IMG/VR virus record: IMGVR_UViG_3300028840_004447
Length of the DNA: 64,000 nucleotides
DNA from: a virus
Reading direction: 5' to 3' (one strand)
Numbering within the stretch: position 1 is the stretch's first letter; every line of letters starts with the position of its first letter. Both the position numbers and the translations under genes were made by a program. The notes under the pieces were generated by a model. That model saw nothing but the letters and a program-made list of their open reading frames with translations, searched no databases and was not told the DNA's origin. This document shows, one piece after another, positions 1 to 9,334 of this stretch.

Positions 1-477
1 GAAGATGATGAGCTCCAGCTGGCCTTAGATAATTACCTTGAGGCTGAGGGCACAGTTCTGAGAGAACTCAGCATGATCGAAAAGTCCACCGTGGATGCTG
101 TTCTGCTTCAGGTCACCAGTGCAATTGAAGAAGGACTCAACGTGAATCAGTTGCAGCAAGCTATTCAGGATGCAGGTGTGTTTGAACCTGAAAGAGCGTT
201 AAGACTGAGTCGGACCATTACCGGGACCGCAGGAAGCATGGGCCAATTTGTATCGGCCGGCCATGCTGGTGCAACCCATAAGAAGTGGGTCGATTCAGGA
301 TTTGAAGTAAGGCCAGAACACCAGACCAGGGCAGGCGAAGCTTCTGTAAAGCTAAACGCCAGATTCTCGCCTCAGTTCGGCCAGATCAATGGGCCGCGGT
401 ATCCGCTAGACCCGATGCTTGTTCCAGCGGACCGAGTGAATTGCAGGTGTTCGATGACTTTCGAAATAAGGGAGTAA
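1..477 (+). CDS. Head morphogenesis / minor head protein (Mu gpF / SPP1 gp7-like), 5'-truncated
   Basis: Frame 1 is open from base 1. The C-terminus KKW..SG..VRPEH....G...P.DP......VNCRC is typical of this family, and it lies directly upstream of the prohead protease. Confidence 0.8.
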   Translation, partial: EDDELQLALDNYLEAEGTVLRELSMIEKSTVDAVLLQVTSAIEEGLNVNQLQQAIQDAGVFEPERALRLSRTITGTAGSMGQFVSAGHAGATHKKWVDSGFEVRPEHQTRAGEASVKLNARFSPQFGQINGPRYPLDPMLVPADRVNCRCSMTFEIRE

Positions 478-480
478 GTC

Positions 481-2127
481 ATGGCAGTTCAACTGGTCAA
501 GAAATCTGAGAAGTTTGCACGGTCACTGATCCATCAGGGCAAAATCAATGACAGCTCCTCATGGTCGTTTTCTGCCGCGGACGGTAACAAGCTGTTAGGA
601 GATGGGAACTGGGAGAACTATGCCAAATGGCATTTGGGCAAGGACACGGATGCTAACAAGGAGACAAAGGCGTATTACAAGTATCCGTTTGGCAAAAATG
701 GCAAGGTCTATATGTCTGCACTCAGGGCTATCAGGACCAGGGCCGCACAGGCAGGAGCGACCACGATCTTTGATGCGGCGGGCCGGCTGTTGAATGCTGC
801 TAAAGCAAAACTAGACAAAAGGGGAATCACAATGAAAAAGGAAATCAGATCTTATCACGTACCGGACGATTTGAAGATTCGGGCAAAAGACGGTGAAGGA
901 TCCGACGGCATATTTGAGGGATATGCAGTTGTATGGGATTCTGTCGACAGCCACGGCACCCGTTTCAAGAAAGGATCATTCACCAAGACACTTCAGGAGA
1001 GAGCCGACAAGGTCAAGGTCCTGTACAACCACCTCACCACCGAGCCGATCGGGAAACCGCTAGAGCTTCTGGAAGACGAAGTCGGTCTGTTTGTACGGGC
1101 TCAGTTGACCGAGGGCGTTCAGCGGGCCGATGAGACACGGCTGAACATTGAGGCCGAAGTCCTTGACACCCTGTCATTCGGATTTCAGACCATTGATTCG
1201 AAGCGTGCGGCTGATAAGGTGACCGATATCACTGAAGTCAAGTTGTACGAAATTTCTCCCGTGACCTTCGCTTCCAATGAGAAGGCCAAGATTACCGGGA
1301 TTAGGTCCGAGGATATGGTTACAGCGGACAATGATCCTGACTCGATCAAGCTCGAAGACATTGCTGATCGGCTGGAGGAAGTTCGGAAGAGATTGCTAGA
1401 AGGCGATGATGGTGCTGCGCCTTCCAGCGATGATGACCTGGATACGCGGGATGATGATCAGGCAGGAGCGAACTCTGCCGATGACCCGATTATCCCACAA
1501 TTGAGGGCTACGGACTTTGACGAATCAGCCCTGATTGAAGAGCTGTATGAAAAGGGACAGCAATTGAATTATGCATTGCGAGTTACCTTGTCCGATATCT
1601 GGTGGGCTGACGATATGGACAATGAGGCCACTTTGGCTTCCTTGGATACAGCCATTTCGAAATACCATGCAGCCTATTTGAATTGGTCCCGTGAGTTCAT
1701 CGGCAAGTTCTGGGAAGAGCGCCATTCGGTCATGCAGTCGGACGATCTGGATGGGGTTTTCAATAAGGAACTCCGCACACTCGGGAAGACAATCGAAACC
1801 ATAGCGGCCGAAACCTCTTTCACCGCTGATGAATTACGAACACTTTCGAGGGGTAACCTGTTATCGCTTGAAAGCCGTTCAAAACTGGCCGAGCTGCCTG
1901 AACCCATCCAAACAGCTCACCAGGAGAAGCGCAGGACGGTAGTGGAGATGCTCTGCAACGAACTGCGGTCGGGTAAGTTCACAAAAGCCGAGTCTGAACG
2001 ATTCCGCTCACTTTTGGAACTGAACGATGCGCGGGCCGAGGATGAGCATCGGTCGACGGACAGCGAGCTTGCAACAACGGTCCTGTCGGCATTGGATCGC
2101 TTGAGATCGGATATCTCAGGATCCTAA
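481..2127 (+). CDS. HK97-family prohead protease with N-terminal extension and C-terminal scaffold-like region
   Basis: FEGYAVVWDSVDSHG...F.K.L....VKVLYNH...PIG...EDEVGLFV...LSFGF...LYEISPVTFASN motifs. In-frame internal ATG at 832 with RBS AAAGGGG. Confidence 0.88.
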   Translation: MAVQLVKKSEKFARSLIHQGKINDSSSWSFSAADGNKLLGDGNWENYAKWHLGKDTDANKETKAYYKYPFGKNGKVYMSALRAIRTRAAQAGATTIFDAAGRLLNAAKAKLDKRGITMKKEIRSYHVPDDLKIRAKDGEGSDGIFEGYAVVWDSVDSHGTRFKKGSFTKTLQERADKVKVLYNHLTTEPIGKPLELLEDEVGLFVRAQLTEGVQRADETRLNIEAEVLDTLSFGFQTIDSKRAADKVTDITEVKLYEISPVTFASNEKAKITGIRSEDMVTADNDPDSIKLEDIADRLEEVRKRLLEGDDGAAPSSDDDLDTRDDDQAGANSADDPIIPQLRATDFDESALIEELYEKGQQLNYALRVTLSDIWWADDMDNEATLASLDTAISKYHAAYLNWSREFIGKFWEERHSVMQSDDLDGVFNKELRTLGKTIETIAAETSFTADELRTLSRGNLLSLESRSKLAELPEPIQTAHQEKRRTVVEMLCNELRSGKFTKAESERFRSLLELNDARAEDEHRSTDSELATTVLSALDRLRSDISGS

Positions 2128-2177
2128 CTGATAACAGGGAACCAACCCACTTTTTCTACTGATAAGGAGACCAAATC

Positions 2178-3410
2178 ATGAAAGAAACAGACCTGAACAA
2201 AATCAATGACATGCTGGGCCGTACTTTCGAGGAGTTCAAGAAACGCAATGATCAGGCCCTCGAGGAAATGGAACAGCGAAATGGCGTTGAGACCGGGGAG
2301 ACCCGGGCGGCAGTCGAGAAGGTTGAATCGGATATCACCGAGATTCGCAAGGCCATGAAAGAGATTGAGGTCCGCATGAATCGACCCGACTTCAGCCCGG
2401 AAGGGGAGCAGACCGAGGAGCAACAGCTCCATCACCGCGCCTTCGAGAAGTACTTGCGCGTCGGTAAGAACCCTGATGAAGATTCCCAATTTGCCTTCAC
2501 GCCTGATGAGCAGCGTGCTCTGACTTCGCAGTCGGACGGCTCCGGCGGATTCCTCGTGCCGATCGATTACGAGGGTGGGATCATCATGAATGCCTACAAC
2601 CTTGCCGAACTGCGACCCATTTGTCAGGTCGGGACCACGGGCAGGGATGTTGTCCAGCTGGGTGCGCTTTCCAAACCCTCCGTCGGATGGGGCAGGGCCG
2701 GTGTGCAGATCAGTACGCAGACCTTGACCGCAGGCGGACGCCGAATCACCATATATCCTCTGTATGGTCTGACGACCGTGGCCGTGGATACCTTGGATGA
2801 TGCGGAAGCGAACATCGAGCAAGAACTGAATGACGCCTTCTCCCGGGCAATCGCCGAGGCCGAGGATGATGCCTATGCAGCCAGCGCGGGTGATGACAGC
2901 CCGAAGGGCGTGGTAGCGGATACGAATGTTCAGGCCAATTATGTTGCCTCGGGCGTTGCAGCCGCTATCTCGGACGCCAATAACAACGGCGTGGATGTCC
3001 TGATCGAAATGCTTCAGTCGCTGAACAAGATCTATCGTCGGAACGCGACCTGGGCCATGAACAGCACGACCGAGGGTCTGGTCCGTAAGCTGAAGAACGG
3101 TGAGGGTGACTACATTTGGGCAATGGGCGTGGGTGCTACCGGAACCGTCGGGGCCAATCCTCCGACTCTGCTTGGTCGCCCGATCGTGAATCCTGAAGGA
3201 ATGCCTGATGTGTCCGCTGGTACCTACCCGATCGTAATCGGTGACTTTATGGCCGGCTACAAGATCCGGGACAACCGCGGCCTGTCCGTGCAGCGTCTGG
3301 TGGAGAAGTATGCGGACTACGATCAAATCGGCTTCAAGGTCAAGAAGAGAACCGGCGGTATGGTTACTCTGCCCGAGGCCTTCGTCCCGATGAAAATCGC
3401 GACCAGCTAG
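2178..3410 (+). CDS. Major capsid protein, HK97 fold
   Basis: N-terminal coiled-coil delta domain, then SDGSGGFLVP..., GDDSPKG, NATWAMN, LLGRP, GDF..GY.I.D, KRTGG. Position after the protease and a strong RBS fit. Confidence 0.93.
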   Translation: MKETDLNKINDMLGRTFEEFKKRNDQALEEMEQRNGVETGETRAAVEKVESDITEIRKAMKEIEVRMNRPDFSPEGEQTEEQQLHHRAFEKYLRVGKNPDEDSQFAFTPDEQRALTSQSDGSGGFLVPIDYEGGIIMNAYNLAELRPICQVGTTGRDVVQLGALSKPSVGWGRAGVQISTQTLTAGGRRITIYPLYGLTTVAVDTLDDAEANIEQELNDAFSRAIAEAEDDAYAASAGDDSPKGVVADTNVQANYVASGVAAAISDANNNGVDVLIEMLQSLNKIYRRNATWAMNSTTEGLVRKLKNGEGDYIWAMGVGATGTVGANPPTLLGRPIVNPEGMPDVSAGTYPIVIGDFMAGYKIRDNRGLSVQRLVEKYADYDQIGFKVKKRTGGMVTLPEAFVPMKIATS

Positions 3411-3476
3411 CAATAGCTGATTCGGTAATCCTCAGGAAAAGCTAACTCTCAGAAATCCGAAAAGGAGACCAATATC

Positions 3477-5492
3477 ATGAAACATTTCACCCGAATTTCC
3501 GCAATCCTCATGGTCCTGTTCCTGGTTTTTGCAGGAACAGCGTCGGCCCAGCAATACTACAGGCCCTGGGTCAAGACCGTTGAGCTCACTGTTCAGAATC
3601 CCCCGGTCTTTGAATCGGGACTTGGCCTGGCTGACTCCGGCGACGAATGGTTTGTCAATTCCAACGCATCAGGAACCGCTGCCGGTACCAGTTGGACAAA
3701 TGCATGTCTGACTATTGATGCTTGTATCAATCTGGCTACTGCGTCAAACGGGGACATTATCCATATCTCCTCCACCCATGCCGAGTCCTTTACAGCGGCG
3801 GACGGTTTTGACGTGGATAAGGCTGGCCTAACCCTGATCTTCCATGGTGAGGGACAGAACCAGGCCACCTTGACCTTTGCCGATACTGATGCAACCGTTG
3901 CATGTGGCGCGGCCAATGTAACCATCTTTGGTGGCCGCTATCTGGCAGGAATCTCCGCGGTTGTGCTTGGCATAGCTGTTGAGGCTACCTGCGATAATTT
4001 CACGCTCATCAATCCTGTCTTCCCTGAGCCCGCTACATCCTCGTATGAATTTCTGGATGCGATTGATCTGGCTGCGGGAGCTGATAACGTGAAGATCATC
4101 AATGCTTGGGCACGGTCCGCTGATGCTACCGGGGCTGCTCATTTTATCGAGGCCGGCAACGGGGTAAACAACGGGCTGGAAATCATCAATCCTGACATTG
4201 AGGGTGAATACTCTGTCGCGGCCATTTGGTCCGACACGGCTGATCTGGAAACCCGGATCGCTGGCGGTGTTATCACCAATATGACCAATGGCCAGCATGC
4301 GGTCGAGTTCACCGCGGCTGCAACAGGTGTCATTCAGGATATCCTGTTGAGAACGGATGCTCAGGGCACTGCCTTGGATCCGGGCTCCCTTGGTATGTCG
4401 AATGTCCTCTGGGATGATGATGCGGTGGCTGATGCCACGGCTGGTCCTGTTGTACTCGGTGCTCTCGGTCCTGCAACTATAGGTCCGATCAACTCCACCA
4501 CCACGGATTCTGTCAATGGTAAGATCGGGACGGATACCGAGATGGCGGACAGCTCTTTGTATGATCTGCTCGGTGCAGGTGCCAAGACCCTTGCTATTTC
4601 TGCATCAGTAGGTGCGGATGTGGATGGGGCCACGACCGATACCCTCCAGGGTAAGATCGGTACGGATACCGAGATGGCCGATAATTCCTTGTATGATCTG
4701 CTCGGCGCGGGAGCCAAGACCCTTGCTATTTCGACTTCTGTCGGGTCTGATGTAGATTCCGCTACCACGGACAATCTGCAAGGAAAGATCGGTACGGATA
4801 CCGAGCTGGCTGACAACAGCCTCTATGATCTGCTCGGTGCAGGATCCAAAACGCTTGACCTTTCTGCCGCTATTGGTTCCAGTGTCGACGGGACCACGAC
4901 AGATACCCTGCACGGGAAGATTGGAACCGATACCGAAATGGCTGATAGCTCCTTGTATGATATGCTCGGGGCGAATAATGCAACTACCACGGATTCGCTC
5001 AATGGTAAGATTGGAACCGACACCGAAATGGCGGATAGTTCCTTGTATGACATCTTGCTTCAGATGGAGCGGACGGCCACAGGTTCCACGGCTGTCATGG
5101 CCAACGGCGATACGATTTTCACCATTGCCGGCGGACCAATTAAGATCGTTGAACTGGTCTCGGTCTGTATCACCCTGAATGATGCCACAGCATCCACTCT
5201 GCAATATTCGGCTGATCCCACAGTCGGAGCTGCAACGACCATTTCAGGAGCTTCGGCTTCTTTGGCAAATGCGGCCGCGGGATCTGGTGTAGTTCTGAAT
5301 ATGACTGCGCTTGCAACCGCTCCAGACGTAGTGGATCCGCTTGTTGACCTCGGTGGCGTTGATACCCGCGGGATAATTGTGAATGAGGGTATTATCACAA
5401 TCGTGGTTGGGGTCGGAACAACGACCGGTACCTGGAAGCACTATATCAGGTATCAGCCGCTTGCACCCGGCGTGACTGTTACCGGCACATAG
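3477..5492 (+). CDS. Signal-peptide-bearing, repeat-containing protein next to the capsid gene (putative head decoration/fibre)
   Basis: N-terminus MKHFTRISAILMVLFLVFAGTASA. Beta-rich Ala/Thr/Asp/Gly composition with internal 44-aa repeats. Confidence 0.55.
   Translation: MKHFTRISAILMVLFLVFAGTASAQQYYRPWVKTVELTVQNPPVFESGLGLADSGDEWFVNSNASGTAAGTSWTNACLTIDACINLATASNGDIIHISSTHAESFTAADGFDVDKAGLTLIFHGEGQNQATLTFADTDATVACGAANVTIFGGRYLAGISAVVLGIAVEATCDNFTLINPVFPEPATSSYEFLDAIDLAAGADNVKIINAWARSADATGAAHFIEAGNGVNNGLEIINPDIEGEYSVAAIWSDTADLETRIAGGVITNMTNGQHAVEFTAAATGVIQDILLRTDAQGTALDPGSLGMSNVLWDDDAVADATAGPVVLGALGPATIGPINSTTTDSVNGKIGTDTEMADSSLYDLLGAGAKTLAISASVGADVDGATTDTLQGKIGTDTEMADNSLYDLLGAGAKTLAISTSVGSDVDSATTDNLQGKIGTDTELADNSLYDLLGAGSKTLDLSAAIGSSVDGTTTDTLHGKIGTDTEMADSSLYDMLGANNATTTDSLNGKIGTDTEMADSSLYDILLQMERTATGSTAVMANGDTIFTIAGGPIKIVELVSVCITLNDATASTLQYSADPTVGAATTISGASASLANAAAGSGVVLNMTALATAPDVVDPLVDLGGVDTRGIIVNEGIITIVVGVGTTTGTWKHYIRYQPLAPGVTVTGT
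4500..5057 (+). repeat. Intragenic tandem repeat, 132-bp (44-aa) period
   Basis: Five copies of the core GKIGTDTE(M/L)AD(S/N)SLYD. The first two cores start at 4518 and 4650. Confidence 0.92.
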
Positions 5493-5499
5493 TATATAG

Positions 5500-5566
5500 C
5501 CGTGGGGATAGGATGACGATCCGAAAAACCGAAATCCTGGCCGGTCTTCCCCACGGTCTGCTTTTT
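5500..5566 (+). terminator. Bulged hairpin plus T-run (possible terminator/attenuator)
   Basis: CCGTGGGGA (5500-5508) pairs with TCCCCACGG (5548-5556), inner AGGAT/ATCCT, followed by TCTGCTTTTT. Confidence 0.55.
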
Positions 5567-5618
5567 CCAGGAACCGAACAGACAACAACAACTCATTTAG
5601 TATAAGGAGACCTATATC

Positions 5619-5999
5619 ATGAAAACTGATCCCAAGAGCAATTTCACCATTGAGGATGGATTGGATGCACAGTCGAGAACAGCAGATACCTACTACACCA
5701 GCCCAGTTGTAGATCACGGTGATGCACCGGCTGTCACTTTCCACGTAAGCTGCGGTATCTTTGCCACGTCTTTCGTTGCTACTCTTCAGCACAGCGACGA
5801 CGGTGTAGCCTATACCGATGAAGCAGATACGTCATACGGCAATACCGTGAGCTTAACCCTGCTGGCCGCGGGTGAGGGGAATATCCATTGCCCCAACCCG
5901 AGAGCCCGCTATACCCGACTCAAGGTCGTCATTGGCGGCACTTGCGAATTCAGCGTGACCAATGTCTTCGGACCCCTGAGGTATGTCGATCAGGGCTAA
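5619..5999 (+). CDS. Small beta-rich head-associated protein (putative capsid decoration/cement)
   Basis: 126 aa, located in the head module, with the same leader as the capsid gene. Confidence 0.5.
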   Translation: MKTDPKSNFTIEDGLDAQSRTADTYYTSPVVDHGDAPAVTFHVSCGIFATSFVATLQHSDDGVAYTDEADTSYGNTVSLTLLAAGEGNIHCPNPRARYTRLKVVIGGTCEFSVTNVFGPLRYVDQG

Positions 6000-6136
6000 A
6001 GCCCACAATTGACGCCTCGCAGGCTGGTGCAATACGGGTGGCAGTTTGGACAAATGTAGCTCCGGGCTGTCCACCCGTATCTTACAAATGAAGTCAGGAC
6101 AAACCAGGACAACCTTGCCAGGAGAGGAGAAAGACA

Positions 6137-6877
6137 ATGAAACTCATTTTTTTGGAGAAAGCAAGAGGAAGTGAGAACGGGATTTTTGTCCGTGCTTACG
6201 AGGAAGGGGAGATTGCGGAAGTAACAAACCCCGACCTGATCCGGGCATTTGTAGAAGAAATGAAAGTTGCCCGACCACCAAGCGATCTGGAACTGATGGA
6301 AGCCGAGCCGGAAGATGATGCAGAAGGCGCAGCGATTCCTGACGATGACAGCGATGACGGCTCGACTGTAGTGGATTCTGATCCCGAGCCGGCAGATAAT
6401 GCAGAAGGTGCAGCGACCTCTGACGATGACAGCGATGACTCGGAAAAAACCGAGGATCCTGAGGCCGAGGTGGCAGAAGGCGCAGCAACCTCTGACGATG
6501 ACAGCAATGACAAACCCGCGGATCTGAATTCAATTGTGGATTCTGTCCTTTCAGATGAGATTGACGACGGGTTTGATCCAAATGCAATCGAAACTCCTGA
6601 AGGGGATACTGAGATTGAAACCGCGGATGATTCCGAGGTTGAGACACCCGCTGCCGATACCCCTGAAACACCGGAGAAAGAAGAGAAACCAGAAACCCCT
6701 GAGGATCCTCAACCGAGCGTGGGAATGGTCAAAGAAGGGGATCTGCTCAACGCATCAGGCAAGCCCTATAAGTCCCATGGGATTGCCATGGGAGCTCTGA
6801 AGATGCGAGGGCTGAGTCTGGATGATCACAAGCTCGTGGAAGTTCCCAACGGTTACGTCATTCGACCGAAGAAATAG
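6137..6877 (+). CDS. Very acidic low-complexity hypothetical protein
   Basis: Three copies of AEGAA(I/T)(P/S)DDDS(D/N)D. RBS GGAGAGGAG. Confidence 0.6.
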   Translation: MKLIFLEKARGSENGIFVRAYEEGEIAEVTNPDLIRAFVEEMKVARPPSDLELMEAEPEDDAEGAAIPDDDSDDGSTVVDSDPEPADNAEGAATSDDDSDDSEKTEDPEAEVAEGAATSDDDSNDKPADLNSIVDSVLSDEIDDGFDPNAIETPEGDTEIETADDSEVETPAADTPETPEKEEKPETPEDPQPSVGMVKEGDLLNASGKPYKSHGIAMGALKMRGLSLDDHKLVEVPNGYVIRPKK

Positions 6878-6885
6878 AGGTTACC

Positions 6886-7452
6886 ATGGCTCTTGAACTG
6901 ATATCATTCGCAAATCTGAAGAAACTGTTGACCCTGACGGATGCGGCCATTAGTGATTATCCTCCGCTTGAGGTGATCAACTCAACAATGGTGGATGCAT
7001 TCGAGGTATACTTGGGACGGAAGTTAGAATCCATGGAACGGACCGACACGCAGTATGTCAACACGTTCAAAAAGTGGAAGATCATGCTTCCTGCTATTCC
7101 CATTGCTTCTGTTGATTCTGTCACAGTCACATGGGGCGAAGACAGTGAATCCCTGACTGAGTTTGAGCATTATGAAATCGGGGCCTCTGGCCTTCGGCTA
7201 TATGATCGGATCAGCAACGCAAAGATCGTGACGGTCTATACGGGTGGCCTGTCCCTTGTGACTGAAGAGCCAAATCTCCAACGGGCTGCTCTGTATCAGA
7301 TTGCGTATGAGTTCCAAACGAAAGAATGGATCGGTTCGGAGAGTGTATCATCGGAAGGGGGAAATGTGACCCGGCCCGAACTCCAACTTCTGAAAGAAAC
7401 GAAGCGAATGTTAGGACCATCTCGGCATCCGCTGCACACGGGATTACCCTAA
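6886..7452 (+). CDS. Head-tail connector/adaptor (gp6-like)
   Basis: LK.LL...D..., E.YLGRKL, LP..PI.SV.SV, V.YTGG, L..A.L...A..F pattern. Syntenic position. Confidence 0.75.
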   Translation: MALELISFANLKKLLTLTDAAISDYPPLEVINSTMVDAFEVYLGRKLESMERTDTQYVNTFKKWKIMLPAIPIASVDSVTVTWGEDSESLTEFEHYEIGASGLRLYDRISNAKIVTVYTGGLSLVTEEPNLQRAALYQIAYEFQTKEWIGSESVSSEGGNVTRPELQLLKETKRMLGPSRHPLHTGLP

Positions 7453-7465
7453 AGAGAGGAAACCG

Positions 7466-7762
7466 ATGAAAAAGTTAATTCTATTCATATGCACCGTGGT
7501 TCTAGTTGGCTCAGTCATGATCGGGCTGGAAGCTCAAACGTATGTAAAGGTCACAGAGGATAATACGGTATCCGCTAAGGAGGATGTCGTTGTTCAGGAG
7601 ACCAAATCCACGGAAACCGTGACCCAGTATTCCCTGACCAGCATTGATAAGGATATTGCCCAAATTGATGCGCAGATTGCATACCTTCAGGCCAAACGGG
7701 CAGAACTCGTGACCCTGAGAGCGGCGGTGTCCACCGAGGCTGATAAAGTGGTCTTGAAATAG
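7466..7762 (+). CDS. Small exported coiled-coil protein
   Basis: Signal peptide MKKLILFICTVVLVGSVMIGLEA and C-terminal heptads. Confidence 0.6.
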   Translation: MKKLILFICTVVLVGSVMIGLEAQTYVKVTEDNTVSAKEDVVVQETKSTETVTQYSLTSIDKDIAQIDAQIAYLQAKRAELVTLRAAVSTEADKVVLK

Positions 7763-7844
7763 TCCCTAGGCGGCGTGAGCGCTGGGGTCACTTGCAGTAT
7801 ATCAGCCCTCGGGCCGTATATTACCCTTCGGGGAACTTAAGGGG

Positions 7845-7867
7845 CCTTAAAACGGCTCTGAGCGCGT
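7845..7867 (+). repeat. 23-bp exact direct repeat, copy 1
   Basis: CCTTAAAACGGCTCTGAGCGCGT, identical to 34316-34338. Both copies are intergenic. Confidence 0.9.
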
Positions 7868-7877
7868 TAGGAATACC

Positions 7878-8471
7878 ATGGCATTTGACGTTGAACTTAA
7901 GAATCTGGCTGAAATCGAGACGTATTTGGCTGATCTGCCTGAGGATACCTATGAGGATGCGAAAAAGGTATTCCAGAAGGCTGTTCTCGACGCCGATGCC
8001 AAGGTCAAAGCCAATTTTGGTCCTAAGCTCCAATCCCGATCAGGATCCTTGCGCAGATCCCTCGGGACTTCAGTAAGCGGACAAACCCTTGACACGCTGC
8101 GGGCTTCGATTTTCGGTGCAGCATTTGCTGGTGGGACAGCTTTGGTCTATACCCTAACCCAGGAATATGGGGCGACTATCAAAGCTAAAAAGGCGTACAG
8201 GAACGTGCCAGGCGGACCTTACCTCAATATCCCAACTAAAGCAAATAAGACCGCGGCAGGAGTAACCCGTTTGACAGCTCGGATGGTATTTGACCGGGGT
8301 GGTTACATTCAGCGAACGGCCAGTAAGAAGTGGGGCGTGTTCCTGAAGAATCAGATGATGTTTGCATTGGTCAAGCAAGTTGATATTCCCCCGCGGCTAG
8401 GAATGCGTGAAGCAGCCGCGGACGAAGTACCGACGATCCTTTATAAGTTGCAACAGATGATCGGAGAATAA
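7878..8471 (+). CDS. Neck/tail-completion protein (HK97 gp10-like)
   Basis: RSGSLRRS, Y...QEYGATI, IPPRLGMR motifs. Synteny. Confidence 0.65.
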   Translation: MAFDVELKNLAEIETYLADLPEDTYEDAKKVFQKAVLDADAKVKANFGPKLQSRSGSLRRSLGTSVSGQTLDTLRASIFGAAFAGGTALVYTLTQEYGATIKAKKAYRNVPGGPYLNIPTKANKTAAGVTRLTARMVFDRGGYIQRTASKKWGVFLKNQMMFALVKQVDIPPRLGMREAAADEVPTILYKLQQMIGE

Positions 8472-8472
8472 T

Positions 8473-9333
8473 ATGGGCACAACTCCATCAGTATTGAATA
8501 TCTTAGATGAGATTGACCTTCGGTTGAACCTGATCACAACCGGAAACGGTTACTGGTTCACAGCTAAGAAGGTCACACGTGCTCAGCTAACTCCGTTCAA
8601 AGGATATGATCTGCCGGCTATCAACTACTGGACTACGACTAACTTCAATACAAAGGATGCATACGATACGGATGAGCGGGAGCTGAGATTGTTTGTGGAA
8701 ATGCACAACTTGACCCGCGATGATCCTTTTATTGATGTGGCTGAGAAAATGGCCGCGGATGTTGTGACTGCTCTGAACCGCCGACCTGCCGACACAGCCG
8801 GTTGGTCAAAATCGCAGATCGGGGTTCCAACCGATATGACTGATTTTGCAGCCACAGAGACCAAGCTCAAAATCTCAGCCGATGGGGATGCAGCGGAAAC
8901 AGTCACATTTGACTGGTCGGCCAAAACGACTGGTGTTTTGATCGCTGCCGAGATGCAAACGAAGATCCGGGCCCTCGGAGGAAATAAGGCCACGGTAACT
9001 GTGTCGTTCGGGCAGGAGCGATATGTGATTACTTCTTCCAGTACAGGAGCATCATCTGCCATTGTAATCACCGCGGGAGCGACACTTGACTGTGCAGCTC
9101 GGCTAAGACTCGGAACAGCCAACAGCGGTGAGGAAGAATCGGGGCTGGTTGCTGCACCAGCCGTATCTGATGATCCGAGTTATGACCTTGGCAATACTGT
9201 CAAGGACGTGACCTTTGACGGTTACGATTATGAGGTTGGTGAAGGCCAAGAGCCCTGGTGTGGTATTCTGTGCAAATTCGGGATCAAGTTCCTGGCTGAT
9301 CCCTTTGACATGTTCACCTATATGAGGGAATAA
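8473..9333 (+). CDS. Tail terminator-like protein with an inserted ~120-aa domain
   Basis: IL.EI..RL..IT..NGY, LPAI, terminal WCG....F.I.F. Central insert ISADGD...TSSSTGASS. Confidence 0.55.
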   Translation: MGTTPSVLNILDEIDLRLNLITTGNGYWFTAKKVTRAQLTPFKGYDLPAINYWTTTNFNTKDAYDTDERELRLFVEMHNLTRDDPFIDVAEKMAADVVTALNRRPADTAGWSKSQIGVPTDMTDFAATETKLKISADGDAAETVTFDWSAKTTGVLIAAEMQTKIRALGGNKATVTVSFGQERYVITSSSTGASSAIVITAGATLDCAARLRLGTANSGEEESGLVAAPAVSDDPSYDLGNTVKDVTFDGYDYEVGEGQEPWCGILCKFGIKFLADPFDMFTYMRE

Positions 9334-9334
9334 A

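Noticed and set aside
2124-3413. 429-aa antisense ORF over the capsid gene, and other long shadow ORFs (e.g. 50760-51761, 43363-43878)
   Set aside because: They mirror well-supported genes on the opposite strand, have no RBS or motifs, and are explained by codon bias.
4500-5057. Possible CRISPR array
   Set aside because: The repeats are in-frame, degenerate at third codon positions and lack unique spacers, so they are protein repeats.
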